64,000 bases of DNA from Chrysomallon squamiferum (lineage: Eukaryota > Animalia > Mollusca). This document shows, piece by piece, positions 1 through 63,970 of the stretch (its first letter is position 1; each line of letters begins with the position of its first letter). The DNA lies in the NCBI GenBank assembly GCA_012295275.1, contig CM022673.1:28396001-28460000 (forward strand), read 5' to 3'. The position numbers were made by a program, and so were the translations under genes. The notes under the pieces were generated by a model. That model saw nothing but the letters and a program-made list of their open reading frames with translations, was not told the DNA's origin and did not search any database.

Positions 1-264
1 CAGATTCACAGAACCAGAACATCTCCAGTCGTGTGACAGGATCACTTTTTTAGCCTCTACCCACACAGATAAAACAGCAGCTATTTCGCTCATGGTGTAC
101 TGAGTGCAATACGTTTTCTATCTAATCGTCTTCCAGTCGTATACATTTATACATATATATATATATATTATATATATATATACATACTTTCTAAAATCTA
201 ATAATTCTTAGTTCTGGTTTTGGATATAGTTGTTTTTTTTTGTTAATAGCAGACATTTCTGGAT

Positions 265-19224
<18,960 letters not shown>

Positions 19225-19448
19225 TTATTACAACAGGAAAGGCATGATCTAATGCCATGTTAACAACGTTATGTGATAATTATATTAAAAGACACCCCAA
19301 AAAACCGTTGAATATTTACTATTATAAAATAACTGTATAGTATGAATTGTGTTCACGTTTTTGTCAAAAAATGTACGTGCATAAATTCAGAGAAAACATG
19401 CACTCAATCACACACTCACAAACACACACGCGCATACCTTTGAATAAC

Positions 19449-19512
<64 letters not shown>

Positions 19513-19835
19513 TTCGTAACAGATCAAAGAAGTCGAGTTAAAAATTACTTACTGATATGATTTTTACTGTTGTGAATTTTAAAGAGTCGTAATAATAAGC
19601 TTTGTATTAAAGTAGTAAAACTCAGGATTAATGTTATTCAGGGGATATATTTAGTTACTTACTTACTTACTTACTTACTTACTCGTTTATGTATTTGGTT
19701 TTGTTTGTTCGTCTTTTTTAATTCTAATTCATATTCTTTTAAATATTAACGTTATTGAAATTATTTTATTATTATTATTATGATCGTAACCATCAATATC
19801 GTCATCATTATGGTCATTATCATTATTTTTATTAC

Positions 19836-19899
<64 letters not shown>

Positions 19900-21232
19900 A
19901 TGTTTTATAGCTTTTTCCTCCTGTGTTTTGACAATATTTGAGAATTCAAATACTCTGAATATTACATTTAAACTATTACTGCTATTCAAAATGATTTTTA
20001 ATATTCTAAGGCATCAAAGATTTAGTACGCAATATAATTTTATGTTTAAAAATACAGCCAAGCACATGTAATAATAATAACGTATACAAGCAAATACTAA
20101 CAGTCACCTTGTATCAGTATTTATAATTTACACATACATGTATAAACGATCAGTGATGCGGTGCGGGACGAAGGGTGTGTCAGTCCAAATTAATCTACCC
20201 CACGGGAACTGAAAATAGAGTTCAAAAACAAATCTTACATTATATGATTATATTATATTAATATTATTTTCTTTCCTGTCGAAGGTATATATCTACAGGC
20301 CTGTTATTAATTGCATCGATTTAATTAATTTTGAAGCCATCACTGGTTTTATCGTAGCCGTTTTCCATATTAAGCTTACTAAGGCTTGAACTGAAATACT
20401 TCTACATCCGAAGAAACAAAATTAGTATAAATAAGTATGGTATTCCAAGCCAAAACAAACAAAACAGTAAAATAATATATATACACTAATTTGTTATTTT
20501 CGCATATAGAAGATTATATATATATATAACGGGTTATTAACATTTTTATTAAAACGTTTATACGTTTGGCAGTTTGTCGTGTCTTTGTATCGTATTTTAC
20601 AATTTTGTATTTATTTATACTCTTTGTTATATATCATACCATTAAATTATCTCCCATATTATATTTATATAACTCTAGGCTTTTACTGAATCTATCAAAC
20701 AGCAAATTCAATCGTGTTCGCCAGGTCAGTTACCGCGTTGATGTCAGACACAAACACCTACCAAACAGATGTAATCGACTTAAGTCAGCATTTTGTTAAA
20801 TACAATAAAATCTTCGCCTAGCCTTAATCTGAACTTGTTTCCATCACAGCTTAGATAACCAACTGCAAATTAGTGACAGAAAGCTGATCCGATGTGGGAA
20901 AGTCAGTGAGATTAGTCCCCCACCCACCTTCAACGCACCCCCGTCTTCGCCTGGGGTTATCTTTACGTTTTACTCATTCTACAAGCATGTAGCATCTTTT
21001 GTTGTTTTGTTTTTCCAATTCCAGGCAGTGACTCGGTGGTTTCTCAGCTTTCCCCATTTTGTGAGTGATTAATATGAAAAAATCCTTGTGTCGATGGAAA
21101 ACGAGTATCTCGAATATAGTGTGTGTTCTGTTTCTTATAGCGTTGTAATAACTAAAATTTAAAACATATTGAGGTAGTATTTTTAAAAAATGTCCTTTCA
21201 CTAGTATTTAATTCTCTTCTGAAGTAAATTTA

Positions 21233-21265
<33 letters not shown>

Positions 21266-21316
21266 TAGTAAGTTAGGTGGTTAATAATAGCGCATATAAC
21301 AATAATAACAGTAATC

Positions 21317-21381
<65 letters not shown>

Positions 21382-21731
21382 GAAAACAACAACGAAAACA
21401 ACAACAACAATAATAATACCTTATCAACAACATTATTAAACAACATTTAACAATAAAAATTATTATTATTATTTTCCGAAGAAATTTATTAAATACATTC
21501 GCTATGGTTTTCATTCAAGTAATCTAAGAATATCAATAATAACAGAAAAGATGATATGGTAAAAAATATCATTTTAGTCACTAAGTGAAATAAAAAGCAA
21601 ACTGGAAACGTATATTGTTTTAGTATGGAAATCAGTCTGCCATTGTCACGTTACAAAATATTTCAGATATTGATTACTGTCAGAGAAAGTCAGTGGTATT
21701 TTGTTTATTTACTCTTTAGGAAAAAAAAGCA

Positions 21732-21775
<44 letters not shown>

Positions 21776-22238
21776 AGTAACACATAATAAAGCAAACAAA
21801 AAAAAATGTCACATTGAATAGGAATATTTAAAAGCTAATCTTAATGCTGAACAACAATAATAATGATGAAAATAATAAAACGACTACAACTACTGCTATT
21901 ATTATTACTACTACTACTAATAAACAACAACGAGAATAATAACAGTAATATGAGTATTAGTGGTAGTAGTAGTAATAGTAGTAGTAGTAGTAGTAATAGT
22001 AGTAGTAGTAGTAGTAGCAGTAGTAGTAGTAGTAGTAGTAGTAGTAGGATAATTATTTTACATTAATCATATCAGGATTTTTATTTTACATTAATATTAT
22101 TTTTATTGTTATCAAATTAATTATATTATTATCATTATTATTATTACTGTTGTTGTTGTTGTTGTTATTTTTATTATTACTGTACACAGACGTGGCTGTA
22201 ATTTACTGTCAAATTATGATATAATTATTATTATACAT

Positions 22239-22290
<52 letters not shown>

Positions 22291-24380
22291 CTGGTTATAA
22301 AATAGAAATAGGATTGATATAAATTTAAATGTCGAAGATTCCCTCCACCCATTAAAATTCAGACTTTATTTAGAAATCAATTTTGTTTTTGTTTTCTTCA
22401 AGCCTATGTATATTGAAATGTTGCTTGAATAACGATTCTGTATCTTCCAGAAAGTTACAATAATGTCTTCCTACTCTTGTTCACTGAGGAAAGTAATGGA
22501 TGTATGAAAAGGTCAGAGAGAGAGAGAGAGAGAATTGTCAAAGTGCATTAGACAATAGCTGGCAATCTAGTCCAACTACAGTACTTGCCTCTTGTAATTA
22601 ATTCTTTGATGTAATTCAATCATTTCTTAACGCTTGGATTTCTTATAAAGTTACTTACACAATGTAAAATATAATAAAGATAATTTCATTAATGTTATCT
22701 GTTGATCTTCTTTTTTATTTTTTTTCTAAACATAATGTTGTGAAGTTTGTGATGCACAAACTGTGATCGCAGTGATAATGTTATGACCCTTCCTATGTAA
22801 AAATACACAGAGACTTTTATTGGCAAAATCTGACTTTTGAATAGAAACAACGAGTTTTAATCTTTACTGAAATACAAACTTAAATCCTCCATACTTGAGT
22901 CATCGTCCCACATAACTAGGGGATTTGAATAATAACCCTACAAAAATAATTTTAATGAGTAAACAGTTTATTGGAGTAAACAATAGAAGCTGTAAAATAT
23001 AACTATCAAATTTAGTCAAACGATAAAATACAAATATGCTGCTGTTTATTTTTATTGTTTTCAAATACACAATTTTCTGTCCAGTTACATAATTACGACA
23101 TTAGTCGAAAATAGACCAAGACGCACATTTCTGAAACGTAATTCTTTTACTATGTTCGCATCTGACCAAACAGGTCACCTTATCAAACTAAAGAGAATAA
23201 TGCAAGCTTTCTGGAAACTGATTAACCAAAGAAGAAACTTTTAAATAAAAATGAATCGAAATTAATATATTTTTTTAGTTCAAACACAATCTCTGTCGAA
23301 CACACTGGCAAGCAAATGAACCCACTTTCGCTTTTATAAAATCCATCTGATGTCATTACTTATTTTTAGAAAAGGACATTTAATAATAACATGGTGCATA
23401 GAAACGAAGAAAAAAAAATTAAAGTTAAAAAACAGAAAACCCTACAAATAAACAACAATAAACAAACAAAAAATATCTTCTCGACTATATTTTTGTAGTT
23501 GTTGTTGTTCTGTGAATAATATGACGTCAAAAAAGAGAAAAACTGAAACAATATCAGTCTGCACAAATTCTTGTTAGCTTTTCTTTTAATGACATACTTC
23601 GTTATAATTTGTTTTCACATACATGTGTCTGCATGTCTGTATGTATAGTTTTGTTTTACAAACACCTGCTGATGTATGCATCCTAGTCCCTTTCCATTTA
23701 CCTCTAGTCTCTTTTTAAAACGCTTCTAGTCTTTTTCTAATCCCTTCTGTCTTCTACATCGAACCGTTCTTGTATATTTATTTCGTGAAAGTTGCAATTA
23801 GATGATACAGTTCAGGTCTGAAATTAAGTTTCTTACACCTTCTGTTTTGCACCATCATCAAATTATGCCTCTATTGCCTTCGATATTTTGATTTGATCGA
23901 TATTAAAATTCATCTACTTCCAACACAGACAGATTATAGAGTGTTTCATAGATATTAACGTTTAACAAGCTGTAAAATTACCAATCTTTCTGCAGATTAA
24001 TACGTCTCTACGTCATCGGATCGGAATGTTTGATTCAGATAACCTTCTGCTGGATGGTATTGCCTGAATACCAACAAAGTTTTCAGAATATGGCCCTAAA
24101 ATCATGTTCTCGAAGTAGTTTTTATTATTTATAATGTGCATTTATCACTGAAATTACAGTTCTTAAAGACCTGGCTGTGTCTAATTAATACTGCCTCGTT
24201 CATTTTCCTTCTCGCTTAAGTATGGTTTTATATATATTTATAGTAACGCCAAATAGCTCAGTGCATAATATAACTTAGGACATCAGCACTGTAAGGTTAA
24301 CAAAGGTATATATGGTCACATCAGTCGTAATCAAAAATATCTGGTTTTTAACACACACACGTGTATATATATATATTACT

Positions 24381-24498
<118 letters not shown>

Positions 24499-26181
24499 GA
24501 CTGGTAATGCAGGGATCTGATAAATCAGGTTTAATTATTATATAAATACAAAATTTACAAAAAGAGTCTTAGCTCAATTTTTTTTAAATGAAGACACGAC
24601 AAAAAAACACAAATCCACAATAAAGATGTTAAGTATTATTTTTTAACCGTTTAAAAGAAATGAAAATGACGTTAAAGTTTAATAACTATAAGCATGCCTA
24701 AGCTGTTTTTGTGTATCAGGATATTCGTGAAATAGACAACGATTTATGCTATTTGTTTATTCCAGTATATGCTGTATTTTAATCCGGCTCATATTACTAA
24801 TTAAAAGAATACGATTATTCCTGATACATTTCCTCTATCTTGTAGAAATATTATTATATTTAATATATCGAATACGATGGCCGAAGATTAAATAGATGCA
24901 AGTAACAAAATCACAGATATTGCTTTGTTTTGTAACAAGATACATTTGTAGAGTAGAAATACGCAGGATATTAATGAATATTTGAAAAAAATATCTAGAA
25001 TTAGAAGTAATGTTTTAATATTGCTATAAAACAATGTGTCTAGGTGTGATATTTGTTTTTCACATGTCTTCTTTCTTTTCTTTCTTTTTCTGTCAAAATA
25101 AAAATAACGAAAATAAAAATATTCGCACTGGAAGTTCTGATTAGACGCCGTCGCGTTTTTGCCAGGTTGTATGATAAGTAAGTGATAACTGGCTGACATT
25201 TTACTGACTTCTTTGTCTGCTCTTTTGTTTCCCAGACTTTATTCAAATATAATACTCCGGTTTATCTCCTACTTACCATCTTGCGCACGGTGTAACTGAT
25301 ACTGATGTATCATTATCGTTCTGTAGCAATATTAGCGCGATTTAGCGAGAGAAAACTGCTCTGATAATTTTCTCATGTTGTAATTAGTAAAATGAAAAAA
25401 ATATAAAAAATAAAAATAATAATAATAATAAATAAAGAAAGAAAAGAAAACGATTAGTGTATAATCCACACCTTGTTTATTTTAATTTTCATTGATTATT
25501 ATTACGATTATTATTGTTATTGTTGTTGTAGTTCTTATTTTTACTATCATTATTTGTTTTATTGCTGTTATTATTATTATTAATATTATTATTATTACTA
25601 TTACTCTTACTATTACTACTATTATTATTATTGTTGTTGTTGTAGTTGCTGTTGTTGTTGTTTTTTGTTGTTATTGCTGCTGGTGCCACTACTTCTGATA
25701 ATGATGATGATGATGTTGTTGTACTGTTTTTGATATTCTTATTTAATTGTTATTATGTTCTTCTAATCTTATTGTTACTATGATTAAAAAAAAAGTCAAT
25801 GAAAAGAAGAGATTAAAGTTAAAGAAAAATAATGGCAATGTTGAAAATACTTCAGGCTCATTATCATCACAAAAAGCAATTACAACAGTCTTTGTCAGTA
25901 AATTAATTTGCTGCTGTTGCTGCTGTTGTTACCTTTTCTTGTTAGTCATTTGTTTCATTCAATGATTTTTTTAAATTATTATTATTTTTTTCCACTGCAG
26001 TCTTCAAAAAGAATTAGAATCGTTCATTTTTTGTTTCACATCGTTAGTCTTAGGGCTACTGAGATGAAAATTTTAATAATCAAAGAGCTGAATGAAATAA
26101 AACTAGATAATCGTTTATTAAAAACAGCTGGTAACATGTTAAACATTTCAAGATAACTAAAATAATCAAGAGATGATTCGC

Positions 26182-26275
<94 letters not shown>

Positions 26276-26313
26276 AAGATATTGCTGTTTATTTTCACAT
26301 TTCAGTACTTATT

Positions 26314-26344
<31 letters not shown>

Positions 26345-26469
26345 GTAAAAAAAAATATAATAATACTAAAGTCTTTAATTTGCTGATGAAAATATATACT
26401 GTGAACAAAATTTACTTACAAGTGGCCATCTTTAGTTAAGCATTCTGAGCAAATAGCACAATTACGTGA

Positions 26470-26686
26470 TATCATTTTCAGCCAATGGGATTTTCAGGTG
26501 CTCTACGATTAGTAAGCGAAGACTGTACATAAGAGCGAGCAGGAAGACAAACATCAGTGACGTATTCAGAGGTTGATACAAGTGGTTGTCGATTAAAATG
26601 AAAATAAAGTAGAAAAGTCGATGTTCTTTTAGTCGCGTCTTGTCGACGGCTTGTTCAAAGGTCTTCTGCGAAGGTAAAACGTAAGT
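26470..26686 (+). promoter_or_regulatory. Candidate core promoter and 5' non-coding exon of paralog B
   Basis: CCAAT at 26482, TATA-like cataag at ~26528, Inr-like TCAGT at 26554, then a less AT-rich stretch ending in donor-like GAAG|gtaaaa (26674) or gtaagt (26681). The first coding exon has a strong acceptor (ttttctccag) 1 nt before the ATG, which suggests an upstream exon. Confidence 0.4.
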
Positions 26687-28034
26687 ATAAGCTGTTATAC
26701 AATAATTTTTCTTTCAATTTATTTTATTTTATTTTATTTTATTTTATTTTTTTATTTATTTATTTTGTATTTATTTATTTATTTATTTTTTATTATTATA
26801 TCCTCTGTATTAATTGTGTTAATATTTTGAATATGTTTTTCAGCCGAAAGAGAATATATATATTCTGGTGTTTTATCTAAACTGTATGATGCATTACTTG
26901 TTTTACCATATGATATAAATTAAATAAACCGAGAAAATTAAATTAATCTAATACCCTACAATAATTTATTAAAATCACCTACAATAAAAATCTTATACGT
27001 ACGTACATATCTATTGTATATGCCCGTATGCCTGTAGGAATGAATTGTATGTATGTATGTATGTATGTACATGTGTAGTATGTATGTATATATGTATATA
27101 ATAAATGTATGTGTGCATGTATGTATATATGTATTTATGTATGTAGGTAGGTATGTATGTATGTATATATGTAAGAATTCATTAACGTATGTATGCATGG
27201 CCCGTACATAAGGGTTCGAGAGTTCGAGAGTGTGTACGTATCTCCAGCAGTCTGTCGAGTCCGTCTGTATATGTGTAAAAAAAAGATAAGTATATATATA
27301 TATATATATATATTTATTCCAACGATGTGAACTGTATGAAGTTTTATATATGTATTTACGCATGTTTGTGTACATGTATGTATGAATGCATGCTTGCAAC
27401 GGATACGCATTTTATACATATCACTGTATCTCTTGATACACAAATCATAACGGTCACTTTTGCTCTGACTCAGGTAACACCAGAAATTACTCGACATAAA
27501 TTATATTGATTTACCGCGTTCGATTCAGATACGCCAGATTTACCAGTGTGTTCGTTACACGTCTTCAGTCGAGCTTCTTTCGGTTTTGAATTATCGAAGC
27601 TTGCTTACATAATAAATCAACACAACAAATAACGAACAGGAAAGAAATAATACGATGGCGGAAAAAATCGTAATTTAGTGGTATGTGTAAAATGTTAAAT
27701 GCGCGCTTTTATAAAATAATGTTAAGACTGAGATTTTGACTGGAACAGTGTTGTATTAACTGTTGTAACGAGAATAAGTGTAGCATCTTATAGGTTAAGA
27801 TACGAATAGAATTTTTTTTTTTTTTTTTTTTTTTTGACTTAGGAAGTTTCCTAAACAGAGAAAATTACCGAATCTAATGCATGTAGTAAATAAATTCATT
27901 AATTTATACATACAAACAAAAAAAGGTGTATGCATATACACATGCATGTTTCGATGAATACATACATATATACGTAAGTACATACATACATACATACATA
28001 CACACACACATACATACACACATACATACATACA

Positions 28035-28070
<36 letters not shown>

Positions 28071-28307
28071 TATATATATCGCACATACGTTTGTTCTGGA
28101 TATTGGTGCATGTGTATGAATTGATTATGTTGATAGAAATAGAAATGCATAAACAAATATATAAAACAATTAAAATAATGTACTGATATCAACAATACTA
28201 AGTTCAATCATTTATTTTTAATGTTTAATATAAAAGCCAGATTATTTTTTAAAATAGTAAAACAAAAATTATTTTATTTATTATTATTTGTTTTTTTTTT
28301 CTCCAGA

Positions 28308-45078
<16,771 letters not shown>

Positions 45079-46162
45079 CGTGGCATCACGGACTATAAAG
45101 TTAATTTTCTGGACAGCTCAACCGTGACACGTTTTGTATGATTAAAGTAACTGTTTTGTCACTGGCAGTCATTGTTTGCAAATAATAAAGGATAAAAGTA
45201 AAACTACGAGCTAGTGATGATGCACAGAAAGACTGGTATTTTTACACTTTGCTTTTAATCCTGGCGTCATTTCATTAAAAGAAATGAAAAGTGAACTCCA
45301 AGACGAATGCAGAACCCTGGAAATGGGTACTGATCTACTCAGTCTTTTGGGGTTTGTTCGACAACGCTACGTGAGGTATTTTATTGTCATTCTTTATTAT
45401 TTGAAACGATCTGATCAGAGTTATTTTTAAAAATCGTTTGTAAACATACACTATGTATAAAGATGTTGGTATTTTACTCCTTCGGGACTCTTTAACCTGA
45501 ACTTTTTGTATTTTTTTAAATATATTTTCTCACACGGTCTTCAGTATTGTACAGGAAACACTTTGATATTTTCATCTTTGATATAAAATTTCCTTCTTCT
45601 TGTACGAAACCGATTTTTATAAGCAAGAGCAAATTCCAGCGAACTTTGCGTTTGCGCATTAAGTTTATCTTTGCAATTTTTAAATTCTTTCATTATATTT
45701 TAGACTTATGCACATTATGTATTATTATTGTCATTTTACTTTTTAAAAAAAAAGATATCTGGTAAAATCTTGCAGACATTTTCTCAGACTAACTGCTCCT
45801 TATATCGTTCTTTTTGTAAGCTCGAAACCATTTCCTGTGGAGTTAATAGAACGATATATTCAAATATTTTCGGTTTAGAATTAAATTAAATTCTCGAGGC
45901 TACAGAGTCAGATTAATTTCCACAATCTGATCAAAGAACAGGACACCAGCTGCTGGCAGATTCTTGGGTTTAGAATCCACTTCAAAACACTGACGAGAAT
46001 ACTATTATTAATGAAACATTTCTGTTATTCATTCTAAAAACGACTGAGTCAAATGTCTATGACAAATACAGACTACAAACAGACACACAGACACACACAC
46101 ACACACACACACTCACCTACACAGTCACACGCACATATAATTATGTATCTACATAACTATAT

Positions 46163-46286
<124 letters not shown>

Positions 46287-47083
46287 AGTATTAGAACAAT
46301 ATCTTACCACTGCCATACGGTGGACCTATTATTACATCAATATTCTGTTATATATATACACATATACAAACATACTACCTGTACATATCAGCCCTTTCAA
46401 TGTTTATGTAAAAATAATTATAAAATGAAAGAGACAACTTGCATGAACCTGAACACAGTAGATTTGTGTCACCTTATCATCACTCCTGGATTATGGGATC
46501 AGTTCCCGTTACTGGCATCTATTGTTTATATAATAACAATAACTACTTGAAAAGAACAAAATAGAATAAAAAGTCATAAGTAATTATTTATTGCTTTAAT
46601 CAGATGGTTGTTAGATCTTCCATGAAAATAATGAAAGAATATTGTATATAAGAACATATATTTATATTTAATATTTTCAGAAATTTATCGAGTGTGGTTG
46701 TTTATATTTAGATTTTCTCTTTTGCACGGTAACTTGTGTATTATTAATGTAGTAATGTAATAAAAGAAATGAAACTATTTGGTCTTTTAGTTGTTGTTAT
46801 CAATTTGATTGTGTTTCTTCTTCTTTTAATGTTTCTGCTAAATTTTTGTAACTGAACTGTTTGACTGAACTGAAAGGTTGTCAGTGTGCGTGCATGTGTG
46901 AATCTAGATCACAGTAGTAACTTACATCTTACCGACTGATATTTGTTCTGCAATAAAAGTTACAAATTTTAAAATTATTTATATTCACGGCATATAATAT
47001 AGATCATCTTTTCTTCTTCTTCTTCTTCTTCTTCTTCTTCTTCTTCTTCTTCTTCTTTTTATTATTATTATTATTATTATTAT

Positions 47084-47115
<32 letters not shown>

Positions 47116-48012
47116 TCATCATTATTATTATAACTACTACAACAACTAATATTACTACTACTATTACTACTACTACTAATACTACTAGTAATACTACTAC
47201 TAATACTAATACTACTAGTAATACTACTACTAATACTAATACACTACTATCATTATTATTATTATTATTTTATTTATTTATTTATTATTTTAACATGGAT
47301 CCGGTTTCATGAGCTACTTCTCTTTGTTAGCAGTTTGTATATTTGGTAATTTACCACTTTAAAAACACGTGATGGGTTGCTGGACAGGTCATCTTCACCA
47401 CACCCACGAGCATGTGTCACTCCGAGCCAATCCTTCACAACATCTTTGTCAACAGACCTATGTATACTTACCTCCCTCTCTCTCTGAGTATTCCCCTTAA
47501 AAATAAATAAATAAATAAACAAACAAACAAACCAATAAACAAACAAACAAACAAACAAATAAATAAATAACTTAAATAAAAAAATAAATAAATAAATAAA
47601 TAAAAACCTAACTTTTGAAAATACCTACTTCTTACCTGCATGTTCCTTATGCACACACGTATAACACTGTACAGTCTTAGATTAAAAATAGAATAATTAC
47701 TTCTAATGAGATAGGTACATATAAATGTCAGTTCATCTTTCCTGTAAGAATGAATGGTTACGAACAGACTGAATAAATGAATTCCTGTATTCAAGAAGAA
47801 CTGACTAAATTCTATCTCCTCGTAGTTTTAATAACAACAGTAATAAGATTGACGATGATAATGATGATGATAATCGTAATAGTAGCAGTAATAATAACAT
47901 TAATAATAACGATAATGTTGATGACAAAACAGATAATAAAAACAGCCACAGAAACAAAAAAAACAGTTATAACTTTCTTTTTATAATAACAACAAAAACA
48001 GCACTTTTCGTT

Positions 48013-48075
<63 letters not shown>

Positions 48076-48249
48076 GTTTTATATTAGAAATTCCAATGTC
48101 TAAGAGCAATGTATTCTAAAAGTAATAACTATATTCAAATATCTCTCTTCTGACCATCTTGTCCGTATTTCCATTCTGCAAATAGCTTTCTGTGAATCGT
48201 TGAAACAAAATCATTGGACACTTTCACATTTTATAGCAAATTGGATTTT

Positions 48250-48376
48250 GTTTCCACGTGACTGATCACGTGTATTTAACGAGCAATCCACTTTAGCGCA
48301 TAATCACAGGGAACGTTAATTAAACCAGCTCTGCAAAAACAAACGCATCCCACCTAATTCATTAACACAGGTGAGT
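48250..48376 (+). promoter_or_regulatory. Candidate promoter / 5' non-coding exon of paralog C with paired E-boxes
   Basis: CACGTG-actgat-CACGTG (48255-48272) followed by a consensus donor CAG|gtgagt at 48370/48371. Coding exon 1 of C is preceded by an acceptor (ttgtag, 51823). Confidence 0.35.
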
Positions 48377-48538
48377 GGACAAAGAAAATGCTCACACCTG
48401 TTTTCATACCAAGTGAATAGGTTAAAACTTTATCTATACAGAGATTTAATCAAGGAAAGAAGATTAACGAAAATGTCAGTGTCTTTTTTTATATTTTATT
48501 TTATTTTATTTTTATTTTTTTATAAATTGCTATTATTA

Positions 48539-48591
<53 letters not shown>

Positions 48592-50369
48592 GTTGTTGTT
48601 GTTGTTGTTGTTTGTTTGTTTAGAAATTCACATTCTGTTGTATTTATTTTTATTTTATTTGCAAATTTTTATTTTAATTATTCATTCATTCATTCATGTC
48701 ATTTCATGTTTCCATTCATTCATTCATACTTTCATTCTTTCGTTTATTTCTCTCTGTTTTTGTTGGATTTTTTCTGTTTGTTTGTTTGTTATTGTTTGTT
48801 TTTGTTTCTTTTTCTTATTATTATTTAATACATTTTTATTTAATTATTGTTTAATTTTATTTTTCATTAAAATTGAAATATATAACATCGATACAGTGGA
48901 TAGATAGGACACAGACACACAGACAGACAGACAGACAGATAGATGTAGAGATAGACATACAGAAAGATAATTTAAGAGGTAGACAGATGAATGATTAGAT
49001 GGATCCAAACAGATAGAAACATAAGCAATCAGTCAATGTAAAAAAAAATAATAATACAAAAAAAAAAATTATGATTTATAATGATAACTATGCATCTCCT
49101 TTCATCTCCGTAAAAAAAAATAAAAAAATAAAAATAAAAAATAATAATAATAATAATAATAATAAGAATAAGAATAATAAGAATAAGAATAATAATAAAA
49201 ATAATAATAATTTTGAAAAAGACAGTTATTAAATATCTGTTTACCAACAATAAAGGGTTAAAAGAAAAGGCATAAAACGCAAGAAAGTATTAATTTATAA
49301 AAATTAAAAATAAATAGACGAAATCCCGTGTTTAACGATTGATTAGTGGAGAAAATACCTGGCACTTTAGTCCATGAAAACCTAAGTTAGCAGCCTGCGT
49401 TATCTAAGCGAGAAAAACATTGATTTATTTCAGTGTATTTTACTCGTCTTCTAAATGCAAAAGTGCCAGGCTGCAACGTCTGTGTTGACAATAGAAAAAA
49501 AAAAGGTAATATATTAATAATAATAAACTCAAAAGATACAGGAAATAAAAAGAGAAAATGCAGTATGGATGAAGGAAGCTGATTACAGAATTTCAGGAAT
49601 CAGAATATTTTCAGTGTTGTGAGTATCATTTATATTTTTTTGATTGTATGTGACTCTAAAGTGTTCATTGTTATAACCAGTAATTTGTGAAATTGTTTCT
49701 AAAATTATAATCGTTTTGTGCGTTTTATTCATTATATTCATTATCTATACTACCCATATATATATTTTGTGTATTAAATTTTAATAATTATTTTGCATTA
49801 TTTTACATCTTTGTAATATATGCTATTCCTGGTGTGCTTAATTATTTTATATACATACTGCTTACTTTATATTATTATTCCATGCTAAATTACATTAGCT
49901 TACTTTATCTTATGTTATATAGCAGGTTATATTGGATAAAATAAAATAAATAAATAAATAAATAATTTTATTTATCAAATATTTATATATTTATGACTTT
50001 CATTAATTCATTAATTCATTCATATAACAGATAGATAAATAGACAGACAGACAGAAAGACAGACAGATAGTTGGATGATATTTTTATTGTCCATTTACTT
50101 GTTTTCCCCTCTATATCTCGATCTACCTTTTTGTAAAAGTTATTTCAATTTGATTTATTTATTTATATATTTATTTATTTATTTATTTTTATTGCTTGTC
50201 ATCTTCCTTTATTAAATTTATCTTTTTAAATATGACATATAATATATATATATATATATATTCATTGCACTGAAGATATATTAATTACATCAGTGCAAGA
50301 AGAAGTAAATATAATTTCCAATTCACATTAGTTTCGAAAAGCCTTCAGACAGATCTGTCGGGCTCTTTC

Positions 50370-50550
50370 AGTTTAGTTAATGGACAATGCGCATAAAAGA
50401 ACCCTTGCTGCCAGTCAAGAATAGCTAAAAGATTGGAAGCGGTGGCTTTCCGTTCTTGTCTCTCAACTATTTATTTACTTTCTTTTTTTGACACGTGTGT
50501 GTATGGCCAACTGTTATGTACTGAAGTCTCGTTATGCAAAGGAACCGCTT
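50370..50550 (+). mobile_element. Possible degenerate SINE fragment
   Basis: Higher-GC island; the segment gcataaaagaacccttgctgc...ggctttcc resembles, from memory only, the central region of invertebrate tRNA-derived SINEs. Not verified by search. Confidence 0.25.
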
Positions 50551-50772
50551 GATTCCGTGAAAAGTGAGTTCCTGAGATTTGTCTTCAAGCGATGGCAGTA
50601 ATGGATTTCTGACCAGTGTGATACTGAAAACACCGCTCGAATTATCAGCCTGGTTCATGAAACTCTTCATCTGCAGCGGTATCACATATTGAAGCTCTAC
50701 AAAATTAGTCATTTAAATTTTATTTATGTTTGCGTATATATTTCTGTACATATTATTTTATTTTATTTTATA

Positions 50773-50847
<75 letters not shown>

Positions 50848-51842
50848 CATCATCATCATCATTATCATTATTATTATGATTATTATTATGATTATTATTA
50901 TGATTATTATTATTTGCGAACTATATATATATTTTTTTTTTTTTTTTTGCAATTTATATCTATTTATGATAAATGAGTTTTGTTTTCTGGATTAATTTCT
51001 GTTTAAATTATTATTTTTTTATAAGTATATCTTGACTAACAAATTCATAACAGATTTAATTCATAGAATAGCAAGAAGAACATTATAGAAATAAAGAGAC
51101 AGATATGTAACTTAACAAAGTAAGAAACAAGCCTGTAAACAAACAAACAAAACAAAAAATGTAACGAATGGACAAACAAGAAAATTATCAACAGCCTCAG
51201 AAACAAACCTAACTAAACAAATTAAAAACCAAATAATAACAGCAGAAAAAACTCTTTGTTCTGTTCTACGAATTAGGAACAAATCCCAAGTCATTTTGAC
51301 TATGAAATAAATAATAAAATTACGTTCAAAACTAAATATTTAATCACTTAACTGTTACAACCTGTACTCTGTGACATCATTTATAAGGAAATGTTTAATG
51401 CTGGAGCGTCCTTGTAATAATTCAGTCACCATCGTCGTTTTTTTTTTCAAAGATTTCATTAAGAAATAATAAATGTATAACCGCTTTAGAAAACTACTAT
51501 ATCGCGAACAGTTAATATGAATTTATTTTTATGGCTCCGATAATTAATAAATAAAATGATGACTATGAAATCCTGGCCTAGTTTTTAAAATACGAAAGAA
51601 AGCAATGAAACAAACAGAAATAATGTAGAATGTAATTTAGTGGGTAAAGGCCAATGACTCAGAAAATTAATAAAGCAAAACATTAATAACAAAATACGAA
51701 GAAAAAAAATTCATATCGTTCTTATATTGTTCAGCTACTTAATGAGATTATCAGTTTATTATGACATGAATTATACTTGTTTCTTAAACATTACACCACC
51801 AGTGTATTTTGCTTTAATTGTAGTTCAAGCGACATTCTGGTG

Positions 51843-63970
<12,128 letters not shown>

